DNA of 64,000 bases from Octopus sinensis (taxonomy: Eukaryota). Positions 1-12,765 of the stretch are shown one piece after another. The DNA lies in NCBI RefSeq assembly GCF_006345805.1, contig NC_043012.1, positions 21,638,001 to 21,702,000 on the forward strand, read 5' to 3'. Every line of letters starts with the position of its first letter. Position 1 is the first letter of the stretch. Both the position numbers and the translations under genes were made by a program. The notes below the pieces were generated by a model. That model saw nothing but the letters and a program-made list of their open reading frames with translations. It was not told the origin of the DNA and made no database searches.

Positions 1-199
1 GGCTAACGAGGAGGGATCCGACTGGAAAATACCAATCCAAAAGACGAAACACGGTCCAAGCCCATCGGTCGACAGCTTAACTAAAACATCCATGTGCCAG
101 ACAATCTGGAACATTAATTTCTAGATTTTTGCTGTTATCAAATGCAAATTCTCGAGTTTGTGAGACCATTGGTGAGAGATGGAAAGCAAACTCAACTTG

Positions 200-222
200 C
201 AAGCATACACACACACACACAC

Positions 223-258
<36 letters not shown>

Positions 259-363
259 CACACACACAGACATACCTCAGTTTGCCTCAGGAACTGGTTC
301 AAGACATGCGAAAAAAGATAGATAAAAAACCCCACTGAAATACATAAAAAGAAAAAATACACA

Positions 364-408
<45 letters not shown>

Positions 409-410
409 AG
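200..410. repeat. (CA)n microsatellite cluster
   Basis: Long interrupted CA runs at about 206-268 and 357-408. Confidence 0.95.
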
Positions 411-941
411 ACGTCGGAGAGAAAGAGATAATAATAGCGAAATGTTTGCAGAGGATAGTGTTAAACTCGTCGGTGCATTATTTGAGGTTAATGAAACATA
501 AATTGTCTGAACTGTCTGATCTTCTGACCTTCTTTGTCTGAAGCGGTCAGAATTGTGTTGTGTATTTGTGTTAATGGCGGTAAGACTACAGAACGGTCAA
601 CGAACCTTTTAGAAAAGTGTTATCAAATGTATACAACGTGGCATTGGCTGCAAAAAGGGACAACAAACGTAGAAGTTTTCATTACAGTACATCTAAATAT
701 AGAAAGATTTTGGTTGAGGTGTGGTGAATTAATGTAAATTCCATTGAGTTAACCAAGATTATTTTGGCAAGGAACCAGAAGAACCAGCTGCAGTTTGTGA
801 GATGAAAAAGCCGGAAAGTTATGGGGCTCATAAAGGATTAATCGTCTTTTCGGACAATAGTCTTACAGAAATGACCGTAAGAGGTGTAAATTATTTTCTC
901 GGCCGTAAGAAATTACCGTAAGAGGTGTAAGTTATTTTCAA

Positions 942-1152
942 GGCGGCGAGCTGGCAGAAACGTTAGCACGTCGGGCGAAATGCGTAGCCGTATTTCGTCT
1001 GCTGTTACATTCTGAGTTCAAATTCCGCCGAGGTCGACTTTGCCTTTCATCCTTTCGGGGTCGATAAATTAAGTACCAGTTACGCACTGGGGTCGATATC
1101 TGTCCTTGTTTGTCCCCTCTGTGTTTAGCCCCTTGTTGGTAGTAAAGAAATA
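942..1152 (+). mobile_element. tRNA-headed SINE, family A (octopus OK/OR-like), full length
   Basis: Head GGCGGCGAGCTGGCAGAAACG (A-box-like) and GAGTTCAAATTCC (B-box-like), then GTCGACTTTGCCTTTCATCCTTTCGGGGTCGAT. The same sequence recurs at least 8 times in the window. TTATTTTC occurs on both flanks (possible TSD). Confidence 0.85.
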
Positions 1153-1199
1153 ATTATTTTCTCGGTCGTGGTCAGTAGGATTTACTTGGTGATATATGG

Positions 1200-4008
1200 C
1201 CGTATTGTGGTAGCACCACTACGTCTAAACCACTTGGTGGTTTGGGGGTTGTGGCTTTTGATTGTACGAGAGGATGGCTTTGGTTATCTGCTTCCTTGTT
1301 TCAGATGGGTCAAGGGGGAAGTATATTTTATTGCCAGTGAGAGTTGGCGTAAAACTGGCGGAGTTCCCTGCGGATAGTGAACCGTAAGGTTCGGGAGAAG
1401 TTGACCAATGTGTGGCTATGTAGGGGGTAGTATTCGTATAGCAGAGATCATACAGACGATCTGATAGATGCAGAAATGATGATAATCTGTTAAAGGCTAG
1501 GATTAGCGGGATCAGAAAGTGATTAGGAGTGCTTAGGTTATCTGAATGTAAGAGAAACGAATTGATTGTAATAACGTCATATGTATATCATACTTAATGC
1601 AAATACATCGTGAAAAGACAAATTTATGGCAGTATTTGTCCAGGGTGATATCCCTTATGGATGTACTGTGTTTAAAAACGTAAAAGACATATCAGAAGCA
1701 GACGAAAATCATCTAAGAGTGGCGCTGTGAATGCTAGATATACTTTTCTGCTTTCTGGGCTTTGTCAGTAGCATGCTTTCACTGCCAATCTCATACTAAG
1801 ACAAAATCCGTCGCTACTGATATAAGGAGACAGTGACTGAAACATCACTGATTTTGCGATTAGCCGCCCAGCTAATTAAATATCCATCATACGCAACAGA
1901 AGTAGCATTAGATTAAATTAGCTATTTGCGCATCATACTTAATGCAGATACATTGTGAAAAGGCTAATACAGCATCTGTTTCATATAATGCATAAGAATA
2001 TTATTGCAGAGAGTTCAAGATGGCGTCTGTGCTAGAAAAATCAGTGAAGGAAGAATACAACAGCCAAAAAAAGATTTGCCAGCATTGAAGTCTCTGAGGT
2101 TAATGACACCAGAGAGGAATAATATGAGATAAAGTGTCCTCGATGCAATAGCGAAATAGTAGTAGCATTTCAGAAAGTTCAAGATGGCAAAAATTTGGCG
2201 TCTGGGCCATTAGAATCAGTGAGGGAGGAATGAGACAGCCAAAATAATTTTTAGAGGTCAATGACATCTGAGAGGAATGATACGAGATAATATATCGTTG
2301 ATGCAATACTCGAGATAGTAGCTCACATTTTAGTGTTTGGTGAAGTTCCGGGAGCGTTAGACACACCAGACAGATGAATTTAGAGAATTGAGGAAAACGG
2401 TGTCTGTGTCTGAATAACTGTAAAGCTTTTGTTAGAAGGATGTGTGTTATAAAGATATTTTGTGATTTCTTGTAATAGTGTTTGCGTTAATTGAATTAAG
2501 TTTGTTATTTCCAAATATATTGGGGGATGCTAAGAATTTTATTCCTGCAAATCCTTTAGTTACTCCTATTCATATTAAACCTGAGTGATACTGTTTGTTT
2601 GCTTATGCTATTTTACGTTCAATTCCTAAAAAGTTAGGAGGTGTGGTTAATTTAGGAATATCTATTATTGTGTTGTTTGTTTATCTTCTCAGGGTACCTC
2701 TCAGAGTAAAACTGTAGCCCAGTGTAACCAAGACAACGGAAATAGGCGAGAGATAGAAGTTTAGAAATTTGTCTCTCAGAAGGGAAGAAGATGAGTGATT
2801 TGCGAGTCGTTTATTACTTAAAGACACTGCTCTTTGAAAAGCGAAACTATATTGAAAATCATGGCCTAAGCAAACGAAAACCGCTCAGGAGTGTCGGGGA
2901 GAATTTTAGATGCTGAATAAAAATCCGTTATATACAACAGAAGCAATACTAAATTAAAATAGTCATCTGTATATCATATCTAATGCAGACACATCACGAA
3001 AAGGCTGATACTGCTTCTGTTGCATGTAGGGGATAGTAATACTATTGCAGAGAGTTCAAGATGGTAAAAGGTTTGGCGTTTGCGCCAGCAGAATCAACGA
3101 GGGCGGAATACGACAGCCAAAAAGATTTGTGAGTATTGAAGTTACTGAGGTTAACGACATCAGCGATGAATAATATGAAATAATATAACCTTGATGAAAT
3201 ACTTGAGACAGTTGAACAATTTTAAGTGTTTGGTGGAGTGGTGGGAACGGTGGAGAGAGCAGGCTGATGAATTCCGAGAATTGAGGAAAAGAGATTTTGT
3301 ATCTGAATAACTGGGAAGTCTTTGTTCGAAGGGTGAGTGGAGGAGTACCACTTTTCAGAGTAAAACTGTAGTATTGTGTTGCCAAGACAACAGAAATAGG
3401 CGAGAGATAAGAGTTTAGAAATTTGTATCTCAGAAAGGAACAAGATGCGTGATTTGTGAGTTATATATTAAAGCCCCTGCTCTTTGAAAACACCCCCCCC
3501 AAAAAAAACCAAAAAAAAAACTAAAAATAATTTCCTTATCTAATTCTCTTTTATTTTCCATTCGCCTTTTATTTATTTTTAAAATTTTATCAAATAATTT
3601 CTCTATTGCCGACTCTGGTCTAACCTCTTCCGATAACACTCTTAACTCTCACTCTCTCTGAAGCACAACCTTTCACTCCTCCTCTCTAGCACGCGCACGC
3701 GCGCATGGAAGATTTTTTTCTCAAGGGTTTTCTTATGTAATAAAAATATATAGTTGCGAACCGGTTACTGTACATTCGGTGGTAAACCGAAAATAATTAT
3801 TAATCAATTAAAAGTATAACCGTAATGAGAAAGAAAAATCATTAACGTTAATGGCAATTTATCTCAAAAGGGTTGAGGGAAAGAAAATCTTGAAGTTCTG
3901 CTTGAAAAAAAAATGTTAATGAGAGAAGGAGGAGAGGTGAGGGAATCTGAATATTGGTTGTCATGACGACAATCCCTGACGCGTTTCGGTCTTATTAGAC
4001 CTCCTCAC
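1200..4008 (-). mobile_element. Decayed, internally duplicated 5' part of a probable Penelope-like element
   Basis: A hammerhead remnant lies at the 5' end (3970-4008). Blocks are duplicated with about 1.04 kb offset (GCAGAGAGTTCAAGATGG at about 2007 and 3048; 2699-2840 matches 3353-3490). The minus strand reads LVNFS...RRELRQFY, resembling the Penelope pre-RT region. No intact ORF. Confidence 0.4.
3970..4008 (-). ncRNA. Partial minimal type I hammerhead ribozyme (5' side lost or mutated)
   Basis: Minus strand: GTGAGGA GGTCT-AATA-AGACC GAAA CGCG TC^AGGG. Perfect 5-bp stem II, palindromic stem III ACGCGT and a GUC site, but C3 and the 5' stem I strand are missing. Confidence 0.55.
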
Positions 4009-4109
4009 CAAACATGATCCATAGTCATCAAGTTTTTTTTTTTTATATTTTACTCGCTTAACCACATAAAGATTCTCTTCAATATTCCCATATACAATTT
4101 CTCTCTCTG

Positions 4110-4440
<331 letters not shown>

Positions 4441-4764
4441 CCCTCTCACTCTCTATGTCAAGAACTCATCACCGACCACCCTCCCACTTCATGTCACCCA
4501 CCATGTCCCACTCTAATTAGCATCTGCCTCAAGCGCCGGATAAACCAGCCTCAGGTTTCAATCGCTACCATTTTATTCACCCGGGCGGGTTGGGCTTCGT
4601 TTACACCAAAATATCGGCAGCAAATCAAGAAATATAAATTTTAATGACGAAATATTGTGGACGCCATGACACAGAAGTGGGGGGTGGGGGATGGCAGCGG
4701 GAAAGTGAGGCGGCTGGGATGTTGATGAGAAAAGAAATATTTTAGGGTTTATGTAATAGAGGCA

Positions 4765-5178
4765 ACGGTGGTGGTGGTGATGGTGGTGATGGTGATGATG
4801 GTGGTGGTGGTGGGAACGGTATGATAGTGGTGGTGGTGGTTGCGGTGGCGAAGGGAGCAATGCAGATGATTGTAGTGGTGGTGGTCGTGGCGGTGGCAAT
4901 GAAGATGATGATGATGATGATGATGATAATGATGATGATAATGATGATGATGATGGTAATGATATTGACTGAGGTGGTGGTCGTGGGGGAAGCGGCGGTG
5001 GTTTTAGGGGTGGTGGTGGTGGTGGTAGGGATGCTGTTAGTGGTCATGGTGGTGCAAATGATGTTGGTGGCGGCGGTGGGATGTTGATATGGTGGTGGTG
5101 GCGGTTGTAATGGTGGTAATTGTGGCGGCGGCGGCGGTAGTGGTGGTGGTGTTGGTGTTGTTGTTGTTGCTGTTGTTG

Positions 5179-5210
<32 letters not shown>

Positions 5211-5365
5211 GATTGTGTTGGTGGTGTGGTGATGGTGGTGGTGATGGTGGTAGTGGTGGTGGTGTTGGTGTTGGTGGTGGTGTTGGTGTTGGTATTGGTG
5301 GTGATGGTGGTGGTTGTGGTGATGGTGATGGTGGTGGTGGTGGTGGTGGTGGTGGTGGTGGTAGC
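4765..5365. repeat. Compound trinucleotide array (GGT/GAT/GTT)n
   Basis: Direct reading; it explains the poly-T/V/G/M pseudo-ORFs. Confidence 0.95.
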
Positions 5366-5669
5366 AGCGGTCAAGTGAGAGCCGTATTTGCTGACAGCAG
5401 CAGAAACGGTTTTATTTAAATCTTAATCTTTAGGAACTGACCAATAAGTCTTTGTCTACCAAAATGCTTCACCATTACTAAAATACCAAAACTACGGGCG
5501 ATAGTAGTAGGCTGGATGTTGCAGATTGTGGCGTAAGGATGGATGGGCACATGGATTGGGCTGGATGGTTCCAGTCATTGGTCTATACCTATGCTGAGAC
5601 ACCGCCTTAAAGGTTTAGTCGGACATCAATGAAAAGAGCGCGTCGTATACATACACATGTACATATATA

Positions 5670-5870
5670 TTCTTTATTCTTTTACTTGTTTCAGTCATTT
5701 TGACCGCGGCCATGCTGGAGCACCGCCTTTAGTCGAGCAAATCGACCCCAGGACTTATCCTTTGTAAGCTCAGTACTTATTCTATCGGTCTCTTTGGCCG
5801 AACCGCTAGTTGACGAGGACGTAAGCACACCAACATCGGTTGGGGGACAAACGCAGATACACAAACATAT
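5670..5870 (-). mobile_element. SINE family C, 3' module
   Basis: TTACTTGTTTCAGTCAT...GCGGCCATGCTGGAGCACCGCC...AGTACTTATTCTATCGG module, repeated at about 10385, 10640, 13810, 19505, 22960, 42060, 48235, 48515 and 61770. Confidence 0.85.
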
Positions 5871-5877
5871 ACATACA

Positions 5878-5911
<34 letters not shown>

Positions 5912-5962
5912 CATACATACATACATGCATACATAAATATATGTGTGTTTGTGTGTGTGTGT

Positions 5963-6470
5963 GAGACGCAATGGCCTAGTGGTTAGCGCAGCGGACTCGC
6001 AATCGTAGGATGGCGGTTTCGATTCCCAGACCGGGCATTCTGAGTGTTTATCGAGCGAAAAAACACCTAAAGCTCCAAGAGGCTCCGCCAGGGGGTGGTG
6101 GTGGACCCTGCTGTACTCTTTCACCATAACTTTCTCTCACTCTTTCTTCTTGTTTCTGTTGTACCTGTATTTCAAAGGGGCAGCCTTGTCACACTCTGTG
6201 CCACGCTGAATCTCCCCGAGAACTACGTTAAGGGTACACGTGCCTGTGGAGTGCTCAGCCACTTGCACGTTAATAAATGAGCTGCGACGTCACTGGTGCC
6301 AAGCTGTATCGGCGTTTGCCTTTTCCTTGGATAACATCAGTGGTGTGGAGAGGGGAGACTGGTATGCATGGGCGACTGCTGGTCTTCCATAAACAACCTT
6401 GCCCAGACTTGTACCTCGGAGGGTAACTTTCTAGGTGCAATACCATGGTCATTCATGACCGAAGGCTGTC
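5963..6470 (+). mobile_element. tRNA-headed SINE, family B, long form
   Basis: A-box TGGCCTAGTGG and B-box GGTTTCGATTCC; conserved core GAGAACTACGTTAAGGGTACACGTG shared with copies at 25119, 46275 and 51893; ends in (TA)n. Confidence 0.85.
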
Positions 6471-6474
6471 AATA

Positions 6475-6552
<78 letters not shown>

Positions 6553-6557
6553 TATAT

Positions 6558-6800
6558 AGTGGTTGTATGATGTCAACATAACGTGACAGTCCCGTAGAGG
6601 GAATTACACCACCGCTATATAGCCCTAGGTAGCATCGACGCTTCCTGTCTGCTTTGACACACTTCCTGTGTCCTTATATTTGCAAAGGGGAGGCAAGCAC
6701 CACCACCAGCTAGGACTAGCAACCTGAAGACATGCATGTTTCAGGGTCTTTCCCGTCATCAGACCAGGGTAGCGAGTCCCGCTAGCGAGAGAGTTTGAAA
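6558..6800 (-). mobile_element. Hammerhead-bearing short repeat (probable Penelope pLTR family); second copy at 26967-27233
   Basis: AGTGGTTGTAT...GTGACAGTCCCGTA...GACATGCATGTTTC is shared with the 27 kb copy; adjacent to (TA)n. Confidence 0.7.
6723..6768 (-). ncRNA. Type I hammerhead ribozyme fold with 10-nt palindromic stem III
   Basis: Minus strand: CCTGGT CTGATGA CGGG-AAAGA-CCCT GAAA CATGCATG TC^TTCAGG. Canonical core, stem III ACATGCATGT, stem I CCTGG/TCAGG. The core-proximal pairs of stems I and II are mismatched in this copy. Confidence 0.7.
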
Positions 6801-7380
6801 TGGTGTACAGATATTGTATTTTGAGAAAAAGGAAGCAGTCAGAATTTTGGATAATTCTTTAATAGCGCTTTCATTCGTTTATCGGGCTCAAGACAAAATC
6901 AAAATGGTAAAAACAGAACGTTTCGTTGTGCATTTATATGAATCGGATATTTTTTGCTTTGTTTAGAAGAGGAGAATATTGTTTTTGTTTCTTTGGAAAA
7001 AAGGGGGGAAAAGAGGGAAAGAGAAGCAAAAAGGAGGAGGGAAAAGAAATTAGACAAAGTGAGGGAGAGAAAGAGGTTTCAGGAAAATCAAGAAAGAGAT
7101 AAATCATGATATTTATTTATTTATAGGAATTGTGTGGTCGGTTATAGAGTGATCAATGGTTTCACATCCATAAAGCGCTTAACCTTAAAGACTTCAATGG
7201 CCGCGGACATAACCTCTTTTCAAAATGGAGGTAAAAAAAAAATAACGGTCAGTTAATTTTATTGACAAAAAATATAATGTCCGAGCCTTAGGTGGGACGA
7301 ATATTTCTAACATTGATTCTTCATATTTTGCTGGTTGTTTACAGGCGTAAATTTGCGAATATGAAAATAATACTTGTACA

Positions 7381-7560
7381 TGATGTTTTGTGAATTTAAC
7401 GAATGAAATTCCATAAAACTCAACAATTTGGTTAAAAATGGAGAAGAGAAGATATTAATCTGTATGAATTAAAATTCTCTTATATATTTTAACATCATCT
7501 ATTCTCCATTTTTAACCAAATTGTTGAGGGGGTTTCTTTCCATAAATTCACAACACATCA
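7381..7560. repeat. Imperfect fold-back / MITE-like inverted repeat
   Basis: 27-bp perfect arms at 7419-7445 and 7502-7528; imperfect pairing extends to 7381/7560; adjacent to (TA)n. Confidence 0.75.
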
Positions 7561-8469
7561 TATATATATATACATATTCAACAACAATTGAGGAACGGCC
7601 TCAAATAGGCCATTCGACCCACTAGAAAGAGCAGCCATGACTCAAACCGCCAAGTAATAGTAATTCAGAAATGAAAGGAAAATAAAAAAAACATTTACCC
7701 TATTCATCTTTAGACAAAGCATTGTTTCGATGTTTTTAATAGCATACCAGCCTAATTAAATTAAATTAAACTTAATTAAGTCGATCTACCAAAGGCCACA
7801 TCTCATCGGTAAAGAAGCCAGGAGAGACAGACATACACGAGGCAGTAGTATCTATGCTCCGGGAATGTCTGCCCTAAAATTTTCAAAAACTACCGTAATC
7901 GCGCCAAACTTATATATATATATACACACACACAACGGGCTTCTTTCATTTTCTTTTAACAAAATGAACTCTCAAGACTTTCGTTGTCCCTAAGCCATTG
8001 TAGAAGACACTCGCCCGGTATGTCATGCAGTTCCTCTACATAACTAAGTGGAATAAGATTAGAACCAAGAAAGTATTATAGTTTAATCTAACATTCTGTT
8101 TTGACTTAAAAGCTTATTTAGTGAGTGAATTCATAAATTTGGTATCTTGATATTTTCACAAGAGGTACAGACGGCGATAATATCTTCAACAGAGGCATCA
8201 CGAAGATTAGTTACTTTTGCTGTGAAAACTTTGTTTCTTCGATTAGTCAACGTAATGTAAAAAGTGAATGCTTATGAACTAATCCCAAATTGTTATTATA
8301 TGGATCCTGGCAACTTCGGCTTTAAAGGAAATTAATGGATTAACGGAATAGTTTACCAAGCAAAAGACAAAAATGATAACAGGTGAATGTACAAATTGTA
8401 TCCTAGATTAACAGAAAGTAACTTTAAAACAAAAACCGATTCGCATAAGAAGGCTCTCAAATATCTGGG

Positions 8470-9000
8470 AAAAGGCCTTCCATGTATCTGTCTGAGTATA
8501 TTTACTTACTACTTGTGGCGACATTCACCCTGGGCGGGTTGAGTCGGCTTCTTCTACCATGGAAGAAGTTTCGTGGGAATATGTGGATTTCACAAGCGGT
8601 CCCCAACAATTCCGCACGTAGAGACATCCTGTTTGCCGCAGATTGTCCGCAGACGACCGAGGAGTATATTTGGTCCATGAAGAAATGAGAGGCAGTTCTT
8701 TTTAAGAAGCATTGGTCAAGTTATAACACGTGAGTACAGGTTTCCGGTAAATGTAGCTGTGAGGAAGCCATATTGGTGCTCACTGCAAAGGGACAGGGGT
8801 GAATGTGTCGGAGAAAGCGGGCATTAACGACGGTCTTCATCTTTTTGTGATGTACAAAGTGAGAAGAAGTGGACGGCAGAGTTGCTGGAATCAGACTGGT
8901 TACCCTTCTTGGGAATGGAATATTTTGTATTATATGCAAGATGAAGTTTGAGAAATACTAAGAAAGAGGCGAGAGTGGAAGGACGTGATAAATTGTGCGA
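8470..9000 (-). mobile_element. CR1/L2/Jockey-group LINE RT remnant
   Basis: Frameshifted minus-strand translation IPKKGNQSDSSN...KTVVNARFLRH...CSEHQYGF resembles the PKKG..DPSNYRPI...SDHQYGF region at the start of the RT domain. Confidence 0.65.
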
Positions 9001-9044
9001 ACGATAGATAGATGTATACACAGATTGCGACTTAAGGAAGAGAT

Positions 9045-9061
9045 GTAACGGACAGACAGAC

Positions 9062-9096
<35 letters not shown>

Positions 9097-9146
9097 TAGT
9101 CAGACAGACAGACAGATAGATAGATAGATAGATAGATAGACAGACG

Positions 9147-9178
<32 letters not shown>

Positions 9179-9224
9179 TAGAGTGAGAGAGAAGGCAGAC
9201 AGATAGACAGACAGACAGATAGAC

Positions 9225-9263
<39 letters not shown>

Positions 9264-9273
9264 TATATTATAT

Positions 9274-9313
<40 letters not shown>

Positions 9314-9399
9314 GGAGATAGACAGACAGTCAGATAGAGTGAGAGAGAAGATAGACAGATAGATAAACAGACAGACAGATAAATAGATAGATAGATAGT
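9045..9399. repeat. (GATA)n/(GACA)n microsatellite
   Basis: Direct reading; it runs into the assembly gap. Confidence 0.95.
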
Positions 9400-9499
9400 N
9401 NNNNNNNNNNNNNNNNNNNNNNNNNNNNNNNNNNNNNNNNNNNNNNNNNNNNNNNNNNNNNNNNNNNNNNNNNNNNNNNNNNNNNNNNNNNNNNNNNNN
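9400..9499. other. Assembly gap (100 N)
   Basis: A run of exactly 100 N; the true size is unknown. Confidence 0.99.
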
Positions 9500-9637
9500 T
9501 CTCTTCTTCTCGAGAAAGACAGAGGGTGGAAGAGAGAGATGTTTATTTACCTTTACGCAGTAAATTACTGTAAGGAAGATATGCAACTAGCAGGGTAATT
9601 AGCAAGTCGCAATTAAGCCAGTCAGAGGAGCCGACTA

Positions 9638-9809
9638 TCATCCACTGCCACCACCACCACCACCACCACTACCATCATCATCATCATCACCACCATCCAC
9701 ACCACTACCACTACTACCACCACCATCAGCATCATCAACATCAGCAGCAGCACCAGCATAGCTACCATCACCGTAATCATCATCATTGTCCACCAGCACT
9801 ATTACCACC

Positions 9810-9843
<34 letters not shown>

Positions 9844-9938
9844 TTACCAACAACACCCACACCACTATCTTCACTACCAACACCGCCACTACCACCCTCT
9901 TCATCATCGTTATCATTATCATCATCATCACAGTCATC

Positions 9939-9970
<32 letters not shown>

Positions 9971-9980
9971 CATCATCACC

Positions 9981-10012
<32 letters not shown>

Positions 10013-10080
10013 CATCATCATCACCACCATCATGATCATGATCATCATCATCATCATCATCATCAACGATACCATCACTA
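9638..10080. repeat. Compound trinucleotide array (CAT/CAC)n
   Basis: Direct reading. Confidence 0.95.
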
Positions 10081-10482
10081 CAATTACAGCAACGACGATC
10101 AGCCAAGAAGGAAGTTACAACGTGGCCGCTCGACCTACTAGAAATCACAGCTAAACGTGTCTCGAATCATGCACAACCCGTCTCAGAGAAAAATGTGCAA
10201 TATTTCTGCAGAAAATGAGATGGTCATGGATGGGACGCCTTTGATCATAATTCTGCTTAGTCAGCGTTGAATCGGTCTAAAAACATAAATAATAACAACA
10301 ACAAAAAACACGAGAGTCTCTTGATTAGTTGTTCTCAATAATCTTTTCCTTAAGGATCCTTTTGACCCCTATTTTATTCGTCTTTAAACTTGTTTCAGTC
10401 GTTACACAGCGGCCATGCTGGTGCAACGCCTTGAAGAATTGTTAGTCGAAAGACTCGACTCCAATATATATATATATATATA

Positions 10483-10632
10483 TCTTTCCTTCTCCTATGT
10501 TTCCGACGAAGAGCTCCGCTCGAAACGTTAAACCCTCCTTCTTTCCTTCTTTCCTGAGCGTCCAATAATACAATATTTGTTCCACGTCCTCGCGTTGTTG
10601 TGTTTTTTTGTGTTTTCTTGTTTGGATTAATT
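10483..10632 (+). mobile_element. Short hammerhead-bearing repeat (family H1) inserted in the TA run of a family C SINE
   Basis: GTTT CCGACGA A GAGC-TCC-GCTC GAAA C GTT^AAAC at 10499-10533, with U4 mutated to C; homologous to 18545-18760 and 20295-20470. Confidence 0.8.
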
Positions 10633-10789
10633 ATATATTTTAAAGCCTGATATTCATTCTATCGGTATCTTTTGCCGAACCGCTAATTTACAGGGACGTA
10701 AACAGAACAACACCGAATGCAAATCGGTAGTGGAGGACAAACACAGCCATAAACACACACAAACACACACACCCACACACACATACACA

Positions 10790-11655
10790 GGGTGCGATGG
10801 CTAAATTGTAGCCATTTTATATTTTTTTATTTCGAGTATGCGTATTGTTTCTTTTTTGATTTTGTCGACTTCACAGTATAGTAGGGTCAGTTGGGCACCG
10901 TTTGTGAGAAAAACAGCACCATGACGCAATTCACTCTGCCAGAAATTTGGAAACGACATGCTGTACTACTTGGCATTTGCGCCGGAAGCTCCAATGCGAA
11001 CAGATGGTGAACACAGAGAACAATTGTTGGCCTGCCGTTCTCCCAATACAAGTACCGAGAGTGATAAAAATCAAACATCCAATCAATATCAAGATGTTTG
11101 GAGTGATCACTAGTGATGGTGACGTTATGCTCCATTCATCTTCCCACACGGCTTCAAATTCGACATGGAGGCCTACATCAAGTGCCCGGAGGAGATAGTG
11201 CTCTCCTCCCCTGGATCAAGTTAATATCTGCTGGAAGATTCTCTGTTTGTTAACAAGACTCTGCACCATGCCACACATACAGAACCCAGCCATGCTGTCA
11301 GACAATTTCTGCGACCACTCCACCCCTAAAATCTGACCACCTAACTCCCCAGACTGCAAACCCCTTGATTATTATGTGTGACACGCAGTTGAACGAGGGA
11401 CCAACAAAATTCCTTGTAACACCAAAGATGAACTGAAGGCAAAGATTATCGCAGAATTCACCAACTTAAACAAGGAGACTGTTCAGAAGAATTGCATGAG
11501 ATTCCGAAGTCGTCTGGATTCCGTGGTTAAAGCCAATGGCGATTTTACTGTATAAATTTACTCGTTAGTATTTCAAGATATTTTTATGTAATTTTGGCAA
11601 ATATATGTTAAAATGAGATGTCAGTGTTATTTCCATTTTTGCGTAATTTAGATGA
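10790..11655 (+). mobile_element. Decayed Tc1/mariner-superfamily transposase (C-terminal half)
   Basis: Broken translation contains QDSAPCHT, NPLDYYV and TKDELKAKIIAEFTNLNKETVQKNCMRFRSRLDSVVKANGDF; multiple stops and frameshifts. Confidence 0.85.
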
Positions 11656-11674
11656 CTATATATTCACCGCACAT

Positions 11675-11729
11675 TGTGTGTGTATGTATGTGTGTGCGTG
11701 TATGTGGTATGTGTGTGTGTGTTTGTGTG

Positions 11730-11772
<43 letters not shown>

Positions 11773-12300
11773 CGCGCGCGTGTATGCATGTATGTAGAAG
11801 ATAGAAAAGTAACACACGTGTTGATATGTATAAGGAAAATAAGACAAGGCAGAAAATGTTAAAATAATTTTATCATGAAGTACATTTTTGGTACCGGTTT
11901 CCGACTTTTTAGACTTTTTCAACTAAGAGTAAAATAAGATAAGGAATTAAATTGGAGAAAAGAATTAAGTGAACTGTTTTGTAGTTACTTCCATAGTGGA
12001 ATAGAGGTTGACTACATCGAAGGATACTACTAGGGTGTTTTTATTTATTGTTTCAGTGAGGTGATTGAGCATATTTAGGTCGTCCCTTATGTAGCTTTTG
12101 ACATGCTTGAGGAATGGTTTTTAAGAGAGTGTCTAAAAAGTTACCGAGGCCATGAGTTTCGCATGTGGGACCTGCTATTTATAAGTCTTAATTTGAGGTC
12201 ATTAGGAGTAGGGACCTTGACTATTATGTCTGTGGCTCCCCTGCATGCGTTACATAAACTTAGATAAACTTAGATGTGTTTCGACCAATGATTGGTCCAG
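11675..12300 (-). mobile_element. Penelope-like fragment: RT piece, pLTR and (CA)n
   Basis: 11990-12290 is homologous to the RT at 30330-30560; 11786-11975 is homologous to the pLTR at 31283-31450; degenerate UUGAAAA-type hammerhead at 11889-11925. Confidence 0.8.
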
Positions 12301-12339
12301 GCCATGTCTAACTTAATAGCACCGCTGATAGGATTATTT

Positions 12340-12765
12340 GAATACTGTTTAAGTCAAGTTTTGCTTATGGTCCATTCAAGTAGTGAGTTTTTGTTGGGTG
12401 AGTTGTATCCAATTATGGGTGGCTTATCTGGTATTCTTTGAAGGAATCTATCCAGACTCCGTTTAAAGTTGATGGGATCCTGTTCCTCTTTGATCTCTTT
12501 CGGGACAATGTTAAATAGGGCAGGGCCTGTGTGAGGAAAAGAAATTATGTTGTAGTGTATTGTATGCTGTGATCTTGAATTGGGCAGGGGACGTATGCCC
12601 GTGGTCCTAGTCTTGATGGAACCTTGAAGCTCATGTTCAGTCTTTGGGCAAAGTTGGCGGTATATTCTCTACATCGTACAAATGATGTACCGCTCACAGC
12701 GATGCTGGAGAGAGTAGAGTTTCAAGGCTTTAAGGCGATCCCAATAATCGAGAGCAGCCATGCCT
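12340..12765 (-). mobile_element. CR1-group LINE 3' end
   Basis: Minus-strand translation DYWDRLKALKLYSLQHRCERYII...GPALFNIVPKEIK...FKRSLDRFLQRIPDKP...NKNSLLEW. Confidence 0.8.

Noticed and set aside
2-124. Open frame at the window start (ANEEGSDWKIPIQK...NINF*) as a terminal exon
   Set aside because: Only 40 codons, with no recognisable motif and no visible acceptor; it cannot be supported.
5963-6040. tRNA gene (also 25119 and 51893)
   Set aside because: A/B boxes are present but continue into a SINE body; there is no complete cloverleaf or oligo-T terminator.
7258-7320. TTGACAA...GTCC..GGAC GAATATTT resembling a variant hammerhead
   Set aside because: There is a 10-nt insertion before stem II, an incomplete GAAA and a weak stem I.
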